A stretch of DNA of 64,000 nucleotides from positions 13,465 to 77,464 of the forward strand of contig CAYJIP010000004.1 of NCBI GenBank assembly GCA_964370265.1, read 5' to 3'. A program made the position numbers and the translations under genes. Below, piece by piece: positions 10,057 to 19,324 of this stretch (positions within the stretch are counted from its first letter, which is position 1; the number at the start of each line of letters is the position of its first letter). The notes below the pieces were generated by a model that did no database searches, was not told the origin of the DNA, and saw nothing but the letters and a program-made list of their open reading frames with translations. This DNA comes from an uncultured Clostridium sp. Its GTDB lineage: Bacteria; Bacillota; Clostridia; TANB77; CAG-508.

Positions 10057-10509
10057 TTATATAAAATATATTATTAGATATGAGATATATGAAAATGCAA
10101 TCAACAGATGCCAACAAATATCTAATCTATAAATTTTTTTTGTAATCTTATCTGATTGTAGAAGTAAGTAAATTCTACTAATTATCTCTATTATAACACA
10201 AATGAACATAATAAAAAATGGGGAATAGAGATCAGTTGTTTTTAAATTTCCTTGCAATATATTTGAAAAATATCTAGTACCACCGCACAGTGGGCAATCT
10301 TCACCTGTTACATATTTATGGGGACATGTTACCATTTCAGGAAATATATTAGTTAAAATACTTGAAAAAACAGGATAAAATAATGCATATATAGCCAATA
10401 GTATAAATATAATATTAATTATTTTATATATTCTATTGAATTTTATATTATTGTTTTTAGAAGTATTAATTTCTTTATCAGCAAATTTATTATCATCAAT
10501 TTTATTCAT
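10057..10509 (-). CDS. DUF2752-like membrane protein (CPxxxxxGxxCPLCGGTR motif)
   Basis: It has the cysteine motif CPHKYVTGEDCPLCGGTR plus TM helices, which is characteristic of DUF2752. Confidence 0.5.
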   Translation of the reverse strand: MNKIDDNKFADKEINTSKNNNIKFNRIYKIINIIFILLAIYALFYPVFSSILTNIFPEMVTCPHKYVTGEDCPLCGGTRYFSNILQGNLKTTDLYSPFFIMFICVIIEIISRIYLLLQSDKITKKIYRLDICWHLLIAFSYISYLIIYFI

Positions 10510-10638
10510 AATTAATTAAACTCTTTCATTAAATAAATTTAGAAAAAGTGGATATATAATCCACTTTTGTTTACTTTTAATTGTTTACTTTTATTAGTTA
10601 CTTTTCTATTTTTGATCATTATTTCTGTATTTTAATTA

Positions 10639-10992
10639 TTAATAGTTAAAATAATCATCATAATCGTAATCATAGTCATAATAATCGTAATCATAGTCAT
10701 AATCATCATATACTGAATCTGAATAATTAGCTAGAATAACCCAAAATGCTGTAGAAAAAATAATTATAATAAGTGAAATTACTGATAATACTAAACCAAC
10801 AATTCCCATTGCAATTCCTTCTTTTTGTGCGTTTTGTTCTGTAAGTTCTTTATTCTTTTTATTTGTTGTAACTATACCTACAATACCTAATATAGCTCCT
10901 ATTAAAGCTGGTAAAAAAGCTATTGTGTTACAAAATGGTATAAAAGATACTAATATAGATATTATACCTAATACTAATGCTGCTACTTGCAT
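10639..10992 (-). CDS. DUF4190-like small membrane protein with a C-terminal (DY)n repeat tail
   Basis: Two to three TM helices (LVLGIISILVSF..., GIVGLVLSVISL...) are followed by a C-terminal DYDYDYDYYDYDYDYDDY tail. That tail is encoded by a ~6-12 bp tandem DNA repeat at about 10640-10700. Confidence 0.55.
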   Translation of the reverse strand: MQVAALVLGIISILVSFIPFCNTIAFLPALIGAILGIVGIVTTNKKNKELTEQNAQKEGIAMGIVGLVLSVISLIIIIFSTAFWVILANYSDSVYDDYDYDYDYYDYDYDYDDYFNY

Positions 10993-11073
10993 AAAAATCC
11001 TCCTTAAATTTACTTGTATATTGCTATTTTAATATATTTTGTCGAAAAAGTCAATTGAAGACAAATCATAATA

Positions 11074-11526
11074 TTATATATTGAATGTAGATACATTACC
11101 ATGAAAAGAAATATTTAAAGTTCTTGTATCTAAACAATTTGAGTCTTTTTCAAATTTGATTTCTATATAATCTTCGGGAAGTACATTGGAGATTATTGAT
11201 CCCCATTCAATTAAGCAATGTCCATGTTCAAAATATTCTTCTCCACCGAGAGCCATAAACTCATTTGCATCATGTAATCTATATACATCAAAGTGAAAAA
11301 TGGAAATATTATTATTTGAATATTCATTAACGATTGTAAAGGTAGGGCTAGATATTTCATTTTCCATATTGTAGAAAGATAAGAAGCCTTCAACAAATTT
11401 GGTTTTACCAGAGCCTAAATCACCTTCTAAAACTATAATAGTGTTATTTGTAAGTTTAGAAGCAATTTTTTTTGCAATTTCTATTGTTTCATATTGGTTT
11501 TTAGAGATTATTTGTAATTTATTCAT
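11074..11526 (-). CDS. tsaE: tRNA threonylcarbamoyladenosine biosynthesis protein TsaE
   Basis: It has the P-loop LEGDLGSGKT and the conserved TsaE core. The start was trimmed to the ATG at 11526, which has an AAAGGA RBS. The longer listed ORF adds an implausible hydrophobic extension. Confidence 0.8.
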   Translation of the reverse strand: MNKLQIISKNQYETIEIAKKIASKLTNNTIIVLEGDLGSGKTKFVEGFLSFYNMENEISSPTFTIVNEYSNNNISIFHFDVYRLHDANEFMALGGEEYFEHGHCLIEWGSIISNVLPEDYIEIKFEKDSNCLDTRTLNISFHGNVSTFNI

Positions 11527-11802
11527 TATATTATCCTTTCTCGATTTAATAAACATAATATTGTATTTAAATATTATAATATAATATTTAGAAAAAAACA
11601 ATAAAAATAGGATTATGTGATGATTAAAAGTGGAAGAAGTGTAAATAATTAAGATAAATAAGAAAATAATAGAAATAGAGGAATAATAATACAATATATA
11701 ATAGAATAATTAATTAAAAGTATTGATAAAAAAAAAGAAATGTAATATAATTGTAACAAATTTGTAACAAACAATAGACATATATGAAGGAGAAGATTAA
11801 TA

Positions 11803-12810
11803 ATGTTTAAATTTGGTTTTGGGCAAGATATTGGGATTGATTTAGGAACTGCAACAGTAATTGCATATGTAAAAGGAAAAGGTATTGTTTTAAGAGAACC
11901 TTCTGTAGTCGCAGTAGATAATCATACAGGAAATGTACTTGCTGTAGGACAAGAAGCTAGAAGAATGCTTGGAAGAACACCAGGTAATATTGTAGCAACA
12001 AGACCACTTAGAGATGGTGTTATTTCAGACTATACAGTAACTGAAAAAATGCTTAAACATTTTATACATAAAGTAAGTGGAAAGTTTTTATTTGCACCAA
12101 GAATAATGATATGTATACCTTCAAGAGTTACAGAAGTAGAGAAAAAAGCTGTAATTGATGCAGCAATGCAAGCAGGAGCTAGAAAAGTATATTTAATAGA
12201 GGAGCCAATAGCAGCTGCAATAGGAGCAGGAATTGATATTTCAAAACCATGCGGAAATATGGTTGTAGATATAGGTGGAGGAACAACAGATGTTGCAGTC
12301 ATATCTTTAGGAGGATCAGTTGTTAGTGCATCACTTAAAATAGCTGGAGATAAATTTGATGAATATATAGTTAAATATATAAAGAAAAAACACAATGTTA
12401 TGATTGGTGAAAGAACGGCAGAAGATTTGAAAATGAATGTAGGTTGTGTGTATCCTAAAATGCAAGATACACAAATGGAAATAAGGGGAAGAGATTTAAT
12501 AACAGGACTTCCAAAAACATTAACTATACATTCAACAGAAATGTTAGAAGCTTTACTAGAACCAGCTATGATGATTGTTGACTCAGTACATTCAGTATTA
12601 GAAAAAACACCACCAGAATTAGCATCAGATATTAGTGATAGAGGAATATACATGACAGGTGGAGGTTGCTTAATAGATGGTTTAGATAAATTGTTACAAG
12701 AAAAAACAGGTATTAATGTAATGATTGCACAAGATACAGTATCATGTGTAGCATTAGGAACAGGAAAAGCTTTAGATAATCTAGATGCTTTAGAAGGAAA
12801 AACTAGATAA
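11803..12810 (+). CDS. mreB: Rod shape-determining protein MreB
   Basis: Actin-like motifs are present (IGIDLGTATV, DIGGGTTDVAV). A GAAGGAG RBS precedes the start. Confidence 0.9.
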   Translation: MFKFGFGQDIGIDLGTATVIAYVKGKGIVLREPSVVAVDNHTGNVLAVGQEARRMLGRTPGNIVATRPLRDGVISDYTVTEKMLKHFIHKVSGKFLFAPRIMICIPSRVTEVEKKAVIDAAMQAGARKVYLIEEPIAAAIGAGIDISKPCGNMVVDIGGGTTDVAVISLGGSVVSASLKIAGDKFDEYIVKYIKKKHNVMIGERTAEDLKMNVGCVYPKMQDTQMEIRGRDLITGLPKTLTIHSTEMLEALLEPAMMIVDSVHSVLEKTPPELASDISDRGIYMTGGGCLIDGLDKLLQEKTGINVMIAQDTVSCVALGTGKALDNLDALEGKTR

Positions 12811-12956
12811 TATTAAAAGAAGATAATGGACAGTAAAATATCGTATTTGAAATTTTCAATACGATTTTTATATTTGAATGAAAGTAAAAGTGAAAAAATA
12901 AAAGAGTGAAAAATAAAATGAAAATTAAATTAATAAAAAAAGAAGTAAAAGGTGAA

Positions 12957-14258
12957 ATGATGAATAAAAAAGTATCATTTATAACATTAGGTTGTAAAGT
13001 GAATCAATATGAAACAAATGCTATGACTCAGCAATTTATAGATGCGAAATATGAAGTGGTAGAAAATGATGAAAAAGCAGATGTATATGTTGTAAATACA
13101 TGTACTGTAACTAACATGTCAGATAGAAAATCAAGACAAATGCTAAGAAAGGTAAAAGAATTAAATAGAGATTCAGTAGTCGTGGCTTGTGGATGTTATG
13201 CACAAGTAGCAAGAAATGAAGTTGAAGCAATAGAAGAAATCGATTTAGTTCTTGGAAATAACGAGAAAAAAGATATTGTAGAGTATATTGAAAAATATAA
13301 ATTGGATAGACATGTTAAAATAGAAATAGATGATATAATGGAACAAAAAGAATTTTTAGATTTTGGAGAAGTTATATATACTGAAAATACGCGAGCTGTA
13401 ATAAAAGTACAAGATGGATGTGATAGATATTGTTCATATTGTATAATTCCTTATGCAAGAGGAAGAGTAAGAAGTAGAAGACCAGAAAGTGTAATACAAG
13501 AAATAGAAAAAATAGTTAAAACAGGAATTAAAGAAATTGTTATTACAGGAATACATATAGCTTCTTATGGTAAAGATTTTAAAGAAGATTATAAAATTAT
13601 TGATTTATTAGAAGAATTAAATAAAATAAAGGGAATAGAAAGAATAAGATTGGGATCATTAGAGCCTTTATTAATAACAAGAGAATTTTTAGAAAGATTA
13701 ATTAAATTAAATAAAGTATGTAATCATTTTCATCTATCATTACAAAGTGGATGTGATAATACATTAAAGAAAATGAATAGAAGGTATACAACAGAAGAAT
13801 TTAGAAATATAGTAAAACTTTTAAGAGAATACTATTTAGATGTAATGTTAACAACAGATATAATAGTAGGGTTTCCAGGTGAATCTGAAGAGGATTTTAA
13901 TATAACATATGAATTTCTAAAGAAAATTAAATTTTATCAAATGCATGTATTTAAGTATTCACCAAGAAAAGGAACAAAAGCAGCAGAAATGATTAATCAA
14001 ATTGATGGTAATGTAAAAGAAGAAAGAAGCAAAAAACTTTTAGAGTTATCAAATAAAAATCAAAAAGAATATAACGAAGAATTAATAGGTAAAGAATTAG
14101 AGATTTTATTTGAAGAAGAAAAAAATGGTGAATACATTGGTCATACAAATAATTTTATACCAGTACACGTTAAATCAAAAGAAAATTTAAAAAATCAAAT
14201 AGTAAATGTTAAAATTAATAAGATTATAAATTTGAAAATAGAAGCTTACAAAATATAA
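12957..14258 (+). CDS. mtaB: tRNA (N6-threonylcarbamoyladenosine) methylthiotransferase MtaB (MiaB-like radical SAM)
   Basis: It has the MTTase N-domain (VSFITLGCKVNQYE), a radical SAM CxxxCxxC (CDRYCSYC) and a TRAM-like C-terminus. The start is taken at ATG 12957 or 12960 after an AAAAGGTGA RBS. Confidence 0.8.
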   Translation: MMNKKVSFITLGCKVNQYETNAMTQQFIDAKYEVVENDEKADVYVVNTCTVTNMSDRKSRQMLRKVKELNRDSVVVACGCYAQVARNEVEAIEEIDLVLGNNEKKDIVEYIEKYKLDRHVKIEIDDIMEQKEFLDFGEVIYTENTRAVIKVQDGCDRYCSYCIIPYARGRVRSRRPESVIQEIEKIVKTGIKEIVITGIHIASYGKDFKEDYKIIDLLEELNKIKGIERIRLGSLEPLLITREFLERLIKLNKVCNHFHLSLQSGCDNTLKKMNRRYTTEEFRNIVKLLREYYLDVMLTTDIIVGFPGESEEDFNITYEFLKKIKFYQMHVFKYSPRKGTKAAEMINQIDGNVKEERSKKLLELSNKNQKEYNEELIGKELEILFEEEKNGEYIGHTNNFIPVHVKSKENLKNQIVNVKINKIINLKIEAYKI

Positions 14259-14340
14259 GGTATAAATAAGAAAAAAGACTTGTAATTTTATTGTAATACT
14301 ATTGTAATACAAACTTAATATGTAATTATTAGGTAAAATA

Positions 14341-14369
14341 TTGATTTTATATAATTTATGTAGTATAAA
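14341..14369 (+). promoter_or_regulatory. Promoter TTGATT-17-TATAAA
   Basis: Consensus hexamers with a 17-nt spacer lie upstream of the 14407 gene. Confidence 0.4.
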
Positions 14370-14406
14370 ATATATAAAGAGTTAAATTACAAAGGAGGAA
14401 ATTAAC

Positions 14407-14724
14407 ATGGCAGGATTTGAAAATAATAGAAAAGTTGATGGAGTATTCGGTGGAGTTGAAATCGAAAACGTTGTAGCACAAGAAGCTAGTGTAGCAGGAA
14501 ATGCATTTCAAGCTGAAGCAGGACTACCAGTAAAAGCTGGATTCTGGGGAAAATTCAAAGCGTTCTGGTTACAAGAAATTGATTGGAACAAAGAAATCAA
14601 AGTTGAATTAACACCTTATCAACAAAAAGTAGAAGATGAAATTAACGACTTTTTATATCAAGATATAACTTGGGAAAAAGTGAGCAACTTCTTATTTAAA
14701 GAAATTACATTTGGAAAAAAATAA
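14407..14724 (+). CDS. Small hypothetical protein (105 aa) with codon usage typical of highly expressed genes
   Basis: It has a perfect AAAGGAGG RBS and a strong promoter. TTC/ATC/AAC/GAC codons are enriched relative to the genome. No domain was recognised. Confidence 0.5.
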   Translation: MAGFENNRKVDGVFGGVEIENVVAQEASVAGNAFQAEAGLPVKAGFWGKFKAFWLQEIDWNKEIKVELTPYQQKVEDEINDFLYQDITWEKVSNFLFKEITFGKK

Positions 14725-14749
14725 AAATAATTTAAAAATAAATTATATA

Positions 14750-14787
14750 TAATATATTACTTGTAACAAAGTAATATATTTTTTTTA
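14750..14787 (+). terminator. Rho-independent terminator
   Basis: An 11-bp stem atatattactt/aagtaatatat is followed by tttttttt. Confidence 0.6.
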
Positions 14788-14958
14788 TGGGAAATAAATG
14801 AATGTGAAAAATATGTGAACTTTAATTCAAGTATAGAATATGTAACATAAATATGTTATACTTTTTTTACTAAATATAAAGCAATGGAGATAATATAATA
14901 AAGTGATAAAATAATATATAAGAAAAAATATATAATATGAAAAAGAAAGGGAAACATA

Positions 14959-16323
14959 ATGGCTAAAAGTAAAACAGTATTTGTATGTAATGAATGTGGA
15001 AATGAGTCAAGTAAATGGTTGGGAAAATGTCCTGCATGTAATAGTTGGAACAGTTTCTTTGAACAAAAAATAATAGAGAGTAAAAATTCATCTTTAAAAG
15101 AAAAAACATTAGAAAAAATAGTGCCTCAAAAATTAAATACTTATGAAGCTAAAGAAACAATAAGGGTTAAAACTAGTTTTGAGGAATTAGATAGAGTACT
15201 AGGAGGGGGATTTGTTAAAGGATCATTAATACTTTTAGGTGGAGAACCAGGAATAGGTAAATCTACATTAATACTTCAAATATGTGACAAGATAAATGGA
15301 GAAGGAAATGTATTATATGTTTCGGGAGAAGAGTCTGCAGAACAGATTAAGATGAGAGCAGATAGATTAAATATTAATAATGAAGGAATCCTATTTTTAG
15401 GTGAAACAGATATAGATATAGTTAATCAAGCTATAATAAATGAAAAGCCTAAATTAGTAATTATAGATTCTATACAAACAATGTATTCAGAAGAATTGAC
15501 AGCAGCTGCTGGAAGTGTAAGTCAAGTAAGAGAAATAACATCACAAATAATGAAAGTATCTAAATCTAGAGGGATAACAACAATAATAATAGGGCATGTG
15601 ACCAAAGAGGGGAATATAGCAGGACCTAGAGTGTTAGAACATATGGTAGATACAGTACTATACTTAGAAGGAGAAAGATATTTTTCATATAGAATATTAA
15701 GAGGTGTGAAGAATAGATTTGGATCAACAAATGAAATTGGAATGTTTGAGATGAAAGAAGAAGGTATGTGTGAAATTACAAACCCTTCTGAAATATTAAT
15801 TTCAGAAAGAGAAGATAATCCTTCGGGATCCTGTATTGTTTCAGCGTTAGAAGGAACAAGACCCATGTTAATTGAAGTACAAGCATTAACATCTCAAACA
15901 GTATATCCTGTACCTAAAAGAACTGCTAATGGAATAGATTACAATAGACTATCATTGTTAGTTGCAGTTTTAGAAAAAAAAGCAGGACTAATGGTAGGTA
16001 TGTGTGATATATACATGAATATTGTTGGTGGAATAAAAATAAATGAACCATCGATAGATTTAGGAATAATTGCAGCAGTAGCATCGAGTTTTAAAAATGT
16101 GCCATTACCAAAGGATATGATAATAATAGGTGAAGTAGGTCTTACAGGTGAGGTTAGAAGAATAAACCAAATCGAAAAAAGATTAAAAGAAGCGGAAAAA
16201 TTAGGATTTAAATCATGTATAATTCCAGAAAGTAACAAAAAAGACTTGAAAGATAGGTATAAATTGGATATAATGTATGTTAGAAATATAAGGGAAGCTA
16301 TGCAAAAGATGAATATAAAGTAA
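14959..16323 (+). CDS. radA: DNA repair protein RadA (Sms)
   Basis: It has an N-terminal zinc ribbon (CNECGNESSKWLGKCPACNSWNS), a RecA-like P-loop GEPGIGKST, the KNRFG motif and a Lon-like C-terminus. Confidence 0.95.
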   Translation: MAKSKTVFVCNECGNESSKWLGKCPACNSWNSFFEQKIIESKNSSLKEKTLEKIVPQKLNTYEAKETIRVKTSFEELDRVLGGGFVKGSLILLGGEPGIGKSTLILQICDKINGEGNVLYVSGEESAEQIKMRADRLNINNEGILFLGETDIDIVNQAIINEKPKLVIIDSIQTMYSEELTAAAGSVSQVREITSQIMKVSKSRGITTIIIGHVTKEGNIAGPRVLEHMVDTVLYLEGERYFSYRILRGVKNRFGSTNEIGMFEMKEEGMCEITNPSEILISEREDNPSGSCIVSALEGTRPMLIEVQALTSQTVYPVPKRTANGIDYNRLSLLVAVLEKKAGLMVGMCDIYMNIVGGIKINEPSIDLGIIAAVASSFKNVPLPKDMIIIGEVGLTGEVRRINQIEKRLKEAEKLGFKSCIIPESNKKDLKDRYKLDIMYVRNIREAMQKMNIK

Positions 16324-16343
16324 TAGTTGAAAGGAGAATAATT

Positions 16344-17423
16344 TTGAAAAAAGAAAAAGAAGAAAATTTATCAAAAATATTGAAATTAATCGCTCCAGGA
16401 ACACCTATTAGAGACGGACTTGAAAATATATTAAGAGCAAAAACAGGTGCATTACTACTTATTTCTGATAATCCAGAAATATTAGAAGAAGTAGTAGATG
16501 GTGGTTTTTATATCAATGAAGACTATAGTTCATCAAAATTGTATGAGCTTGCAAAAATGGATGGTGCAATAGTACTAAGTAGTGATTTTAAAAAAATTTT
16601 ATATGCAAATGCACAATTAATACCATCAAATTCGGTATATACATTAGAAACAGGGACAAGACATAGAACAGCAGAAAGAACAGCAAAACAAACTGGTGAA
16701 TTGGTTATAAGTATATCTCAAAGAAGAAGTATTATAACAATATTTAAAGGTTTAGAAAGATATATTTTAGAAGATACGGGTGTTGTATTAAGTCAAGCTA
16801 ACCAAGCGATACAAACATTAGAAAGATATAAAAAAGTATTTGATAATAAATTAAGTATATTAAATGAATATGAATTTAATGATATAGTAACATTGAAAAA
16901 TGTATTAACATCTATTCAAAGAGCTGAAATGGTTATGAGAATTGCAGAAGAGATACAAAGACAAATATATGAACTTGGAAATGATGGAAGACTTGTTGAA
17001 ATGCAATTAGAAGAATTAATTGGAGATTTAGAAACAGAAGAATTATTAATTATAAAAGATTATATGGTACCGATTAAAAAAAGAAGAACAGCAGAAAAAA
17101 TTCATCAAGATTTAAATTTATTAACATATGATGAATTACTAAAAGAAACATCAATAGCAAGATTATTAGGTTATGAAACGTTTGATAACTATGATGAAGT
17201 AGCTGTGTATACTAAAGGGTATCGTATATTAAATAAAGTACCTAGAATGCCATCAAATATAGTGGACAATCTAGTAGATGCATTTAAATCATTCCAACAC
17301 ATATTAGCTGCTGATATAGAATCATTGGATGATGTCGATGGAATAGGTGAAGTTAGAGCTAAATCAATAAAACAATCGTTAAAAAGAATGCAAGAGCAAT
17401 TTGTTTTTGATAATATATTTTAA
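16344..17423 (+). CDS. disA: DNA integrity scanning protein DisA (diadenylate cyclase)
   Basis: The DAC domain motif reads DGAIVLSSD...TGTRHRTAERTAKQT, with a C-terminal HhH. It is coupled to radA. A TTG start follows an AAGGAGA RBS. Confidence 0.9.
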   Translation: MKKEKEENLSKILKLIAPGTPIRDGLENILRAKTGALLLISDNPEILEEVVDGGFYINEDYSSSKLYELAKMDGAIVLSSDFKKILYANAQLIPSNSVYTLETGTRHRTAERTAKQTGELVISISQRRSIITIFKGLERYILEDTGVVLSQANQAIQTLERYKKVFDNKLSILNEYEFNDIVTLKNVLTSIQRAEMVMRIAEEIQRQIYELGNDGRLVEMQLEELIGDLETEELLIIKDYMVPIKKRRTAEKIHQDLNLLTYDELLKETSIARLLGYETFDNYDEVAVYTKGYRILNKVPRMPSNIVDNLVDAFKSFQHILAADIESLDDVDGIGEVRAKSIKQSLKRMQEQFVFDNIF

Positions 17424-17458
17424 TTAACAGATAGAGAAAAAAGAGAAAGAGGAAGAAA

Positions 17459-18253
17459 ATGAGAGATACAAAGAATTTTTTATGGATAATAGGATTAATA
17501 GTAGTTATAGCTTTATTAGGAACAGTAATATTTGGATATTACAAAAATATAACAATGGAAATAAAAAATCCAGTAGTAACAATGGAAATAGCAGATTATG
17601 GAACAGTAAAAATTGAACTTTATCCAGAAATAGCACCAGAGACAGTGAATAATTTTATAAATTTAATAAATCAAGGATATTATGACGGATTAACATTTCA
17701 TAGAGTTGTAAATGATTTTATGATTCAAGGTGGAGATTCAGCAGGTGACGGAACAGGTGGAGTAACTATAGGTGATATCACAGGGACACAAGATGAGACT
17801 CTATATTCAATAAAAGGTGAGTTTATTGCTAATGGAGACGACAACAACCTTAAATTTGAAGAAGGTGTCATAGGTATGGCAAGAAGTGATTATTCACAAA
17901 CTTCATCTGATTTAGTTGATGAATCATATAATTCAGCAGGTTCGCAATTCTTTATTGTTACAGGAGAAGCAACTTCATTAAATGGTTATTATACATCATT
18001 TGGTAAAGTGGTAGAAGGAATGGATATTATAAATAAAATTGAAGCTGTAGAAACAAAAGTTGCAGATGATGCAGAAGAAACGGGTAGTACAGAACAAAGT
18101 ATACCAGTAACACCAGTAACTATTACTAAAATGACAGTAGATACATTTGGATATACTTATGAATTACCAGAATTATTAGAAGCTTTTGATTATATGACAT
18201 GGTTATATATGCAATACGGATTAGATCCAAGTACAATGATGGTAACAGAATAG
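17459..18253 (+). CDS. Peptidyl-prolyl cis-trans isomerase, cyclophilin-type, membrane-anchored
   Basis: An N-terminal TM helix precedes a cyclophilin core (YYDGLTFHRVVNDFMIQGGD). Confidence 0.85.
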   Translation: MRDTKNFLWIIGLIVVIALLGTVIFGYYKNITMEIKNPVVTMEIADYGTVKIELYPEIAPETVNNFINLINQGYYDGLTFHRVVNDFMIQGGDSAGDGTGGVTIGDITGTQDETLYSIKGEFIANGDDNNLKFEEGVIGMARSDYSQTSSDLVDESYNSAGSQFFIVTGEATSLNGYYTSFGKVVEGMDIINKIEAVETKVADDAEETGSTEQSIPVTPVTITKMTVDTFGYTYELPELLEAFDYMTWLYMQYGLDPSTMMVTE

Positions 18254-18339
18254 AAGAAGTTGATTAAAAAAATATGAGAGTAAAAGAACAATTTTGTACT
18301 TTTACTTTCTAAATTTATTAAAAAAATATTGTAAAATTA

Positions 18340-18368
18340 TTGACAAAAAACAATTAATAATGTAAAAT
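18340..18368 (+). promoter_or_regulatory. Promoter TTGACA-17-TAAAAT for the tRNA pair
   Basis: Consensus hexamers lie about 30 nt upstream of tRNA-His. Confidence 0.45.
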
Positions 18369-18400
18369 ATTAAATGTGCTTAAGAAATGAGGTACAAAAT

Positions 18401-18477
18401 GGTGGATGTAGTGAAGTGGTTATCACGCCAGTTTGTGGCACTGGAGATCGTGGGTTCAATTCCCATCTTCCACCCCA
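18401..18477 (+). tRNA. tRNA-His (GUG) with G-1 and encoded CCA
   Basis: The cloverleaf was folded by hand. The anticodon loop is ttGTGgc. It has the extra 5' G (G-1), a discriminator C and a T-loop ttcaatt. There is one U-U mismatch in the acceptor stem. Confidence 0.8.
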
Positions 18478-18491
18478 TTTTAATTATATAT

Positions 18492-18566
18492 TGGGCTGTA
18501 GCCAAGCGGTAAGGCACCAGACTTTGACTCTGGCATTCGTGTGTTCGAATCTCACCAGCCCAGCCA
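18492..18566 (+). tRNA. tRNA-Gln (UUG) with encoded CCA
   Basis: The acceptor pairs tgggctg/cagccca. The D-arm gcc/ggc is Gln-like. The anticodon loop is ctTTGac. The T-loop is ttcgaat. Confidence 0.8.
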
Positions 18567-18572
18567 AGAAAA

Positions 18573-18611
18573 ATAGCGACTTTCAAGAAAATGAAAGAAG
18601 CTATTTTTTTA
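18573..18611 (+). terminator. Rho-independent terminator after the tRNAs
   Basis: The hairpin atagc..ctttc/gaaag..gctat is followed by ttttttt. Confidence 0.55.
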
Positions 18612-18683
18612 TTAGTATAGTTATTGCACTTTTATAAAATAGTGATATAATAGAAAAAAATGAAAGAAAATTAATGGTGCGTT

Positions 18684-19253
18684 ATGAATACAGAAAAAAT
18701 AAAGAATGCTAATACAAGAAGAATTGGAAAAGAAATAGAATATTATAAAGAAATAGATTCAACAAGTATATATGCTAAAAAAATAGCAATGAATGAAAAT
18801 AATGGTAAAATAATAATAGCAGAAGTACAGACAAATGGAATTGGAACAAAAGGTAGAAAATGGTATACAGGTAGTGAGAAAAATATAGCTATGACTATAA
18901 TATTAAAACCAACTTGTAAAATATCAGAATTAGATAATTTAACAATAAGAATAGCTGAAATAATTAAAGAATCTGTAGAAGAATTATATGGATATAAGTT
19001 AAATATTAAAATTCCAAATGATTTATTATTAAATAATAAAAAAATTGCAGGAATATTAACAGAAGTCAGTACTATTGGTGAAAAAATAAATTATTTATTA
19101 ATTGGGGTAGGGTTTAATGTTAATGAAGACTGTTTTTCAAAAGAAACAATAGACATAGCAACTTCACTAAAAAAAGAATATAATAAAGAATTTTCAAGAG
19201 AAGATATAATTATTAGAATAATTGAAAAGATAGAAAAAGAAATAGAAAAATAG
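18684..19253 (+). CDS. Biotin--protein ligase catalytic domain protein (BirA-like, no HTH)
   Basis: It has BPL motifs (EIDSTS, GIGTKGRKW). It is only 189 aa and lacks an N-terminal DNA-binding domain. Confidence 0.65.
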   Translation: MNTEKIKNANTRRIGKEIEYYKEIDSTSIYAKKIAMNENNGKIIIAEVQTNGIGTKGRKWYTGSEKNIAMTIILKPTCKISELDNLTIRIAEIIKESVEELYGYKLNIKIPNDLLLNNKKIAGILTEVSTIGEKINYLLIGVGFNVNEDCFSKETIDIATSLKKEYNKEFSREDIIIRIIEKIEKEIEK

Positions 19254-19324
19254 TTCTATTTCTTTTTTTGTGTAATAAAATTGAGATATATAATAAGGAT
19301 TAAATAAAGGGGGATAGATTATAG

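Noticed and set aside
10057-10509. Prepilin peptidase candidate (Cys-rich membrane protein)
   Set aside because: The cysteine motif CPx7CPLCGGTR matches DUF2752. It is not the PilD zinc-binding N-domain, and no DxxD/GGxD aspartyl protease motifs are present.
12906-12956. N-terminal extensions of listed ORFs (mtaB 12906, obg 7258, pgk 44027, tpiA 45337, dxs 54021, mutS2 59207, tsaE 11694, sepF 32418, stp 59444)
   Set aside because: In each case a downstream ATG has a proper Shine-Dalgarno at 5-9 nt and matches the conserved family N-terminus. The upstream start lies within or before the RBS.
18374-18637. ORFs 18374..18637 (+) and 18380..18586 (-) in the six-frame track
   Set aside because: They overlap two well-formed tRNA genes (His-GUG, Gln-UUG). 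They are spurious.
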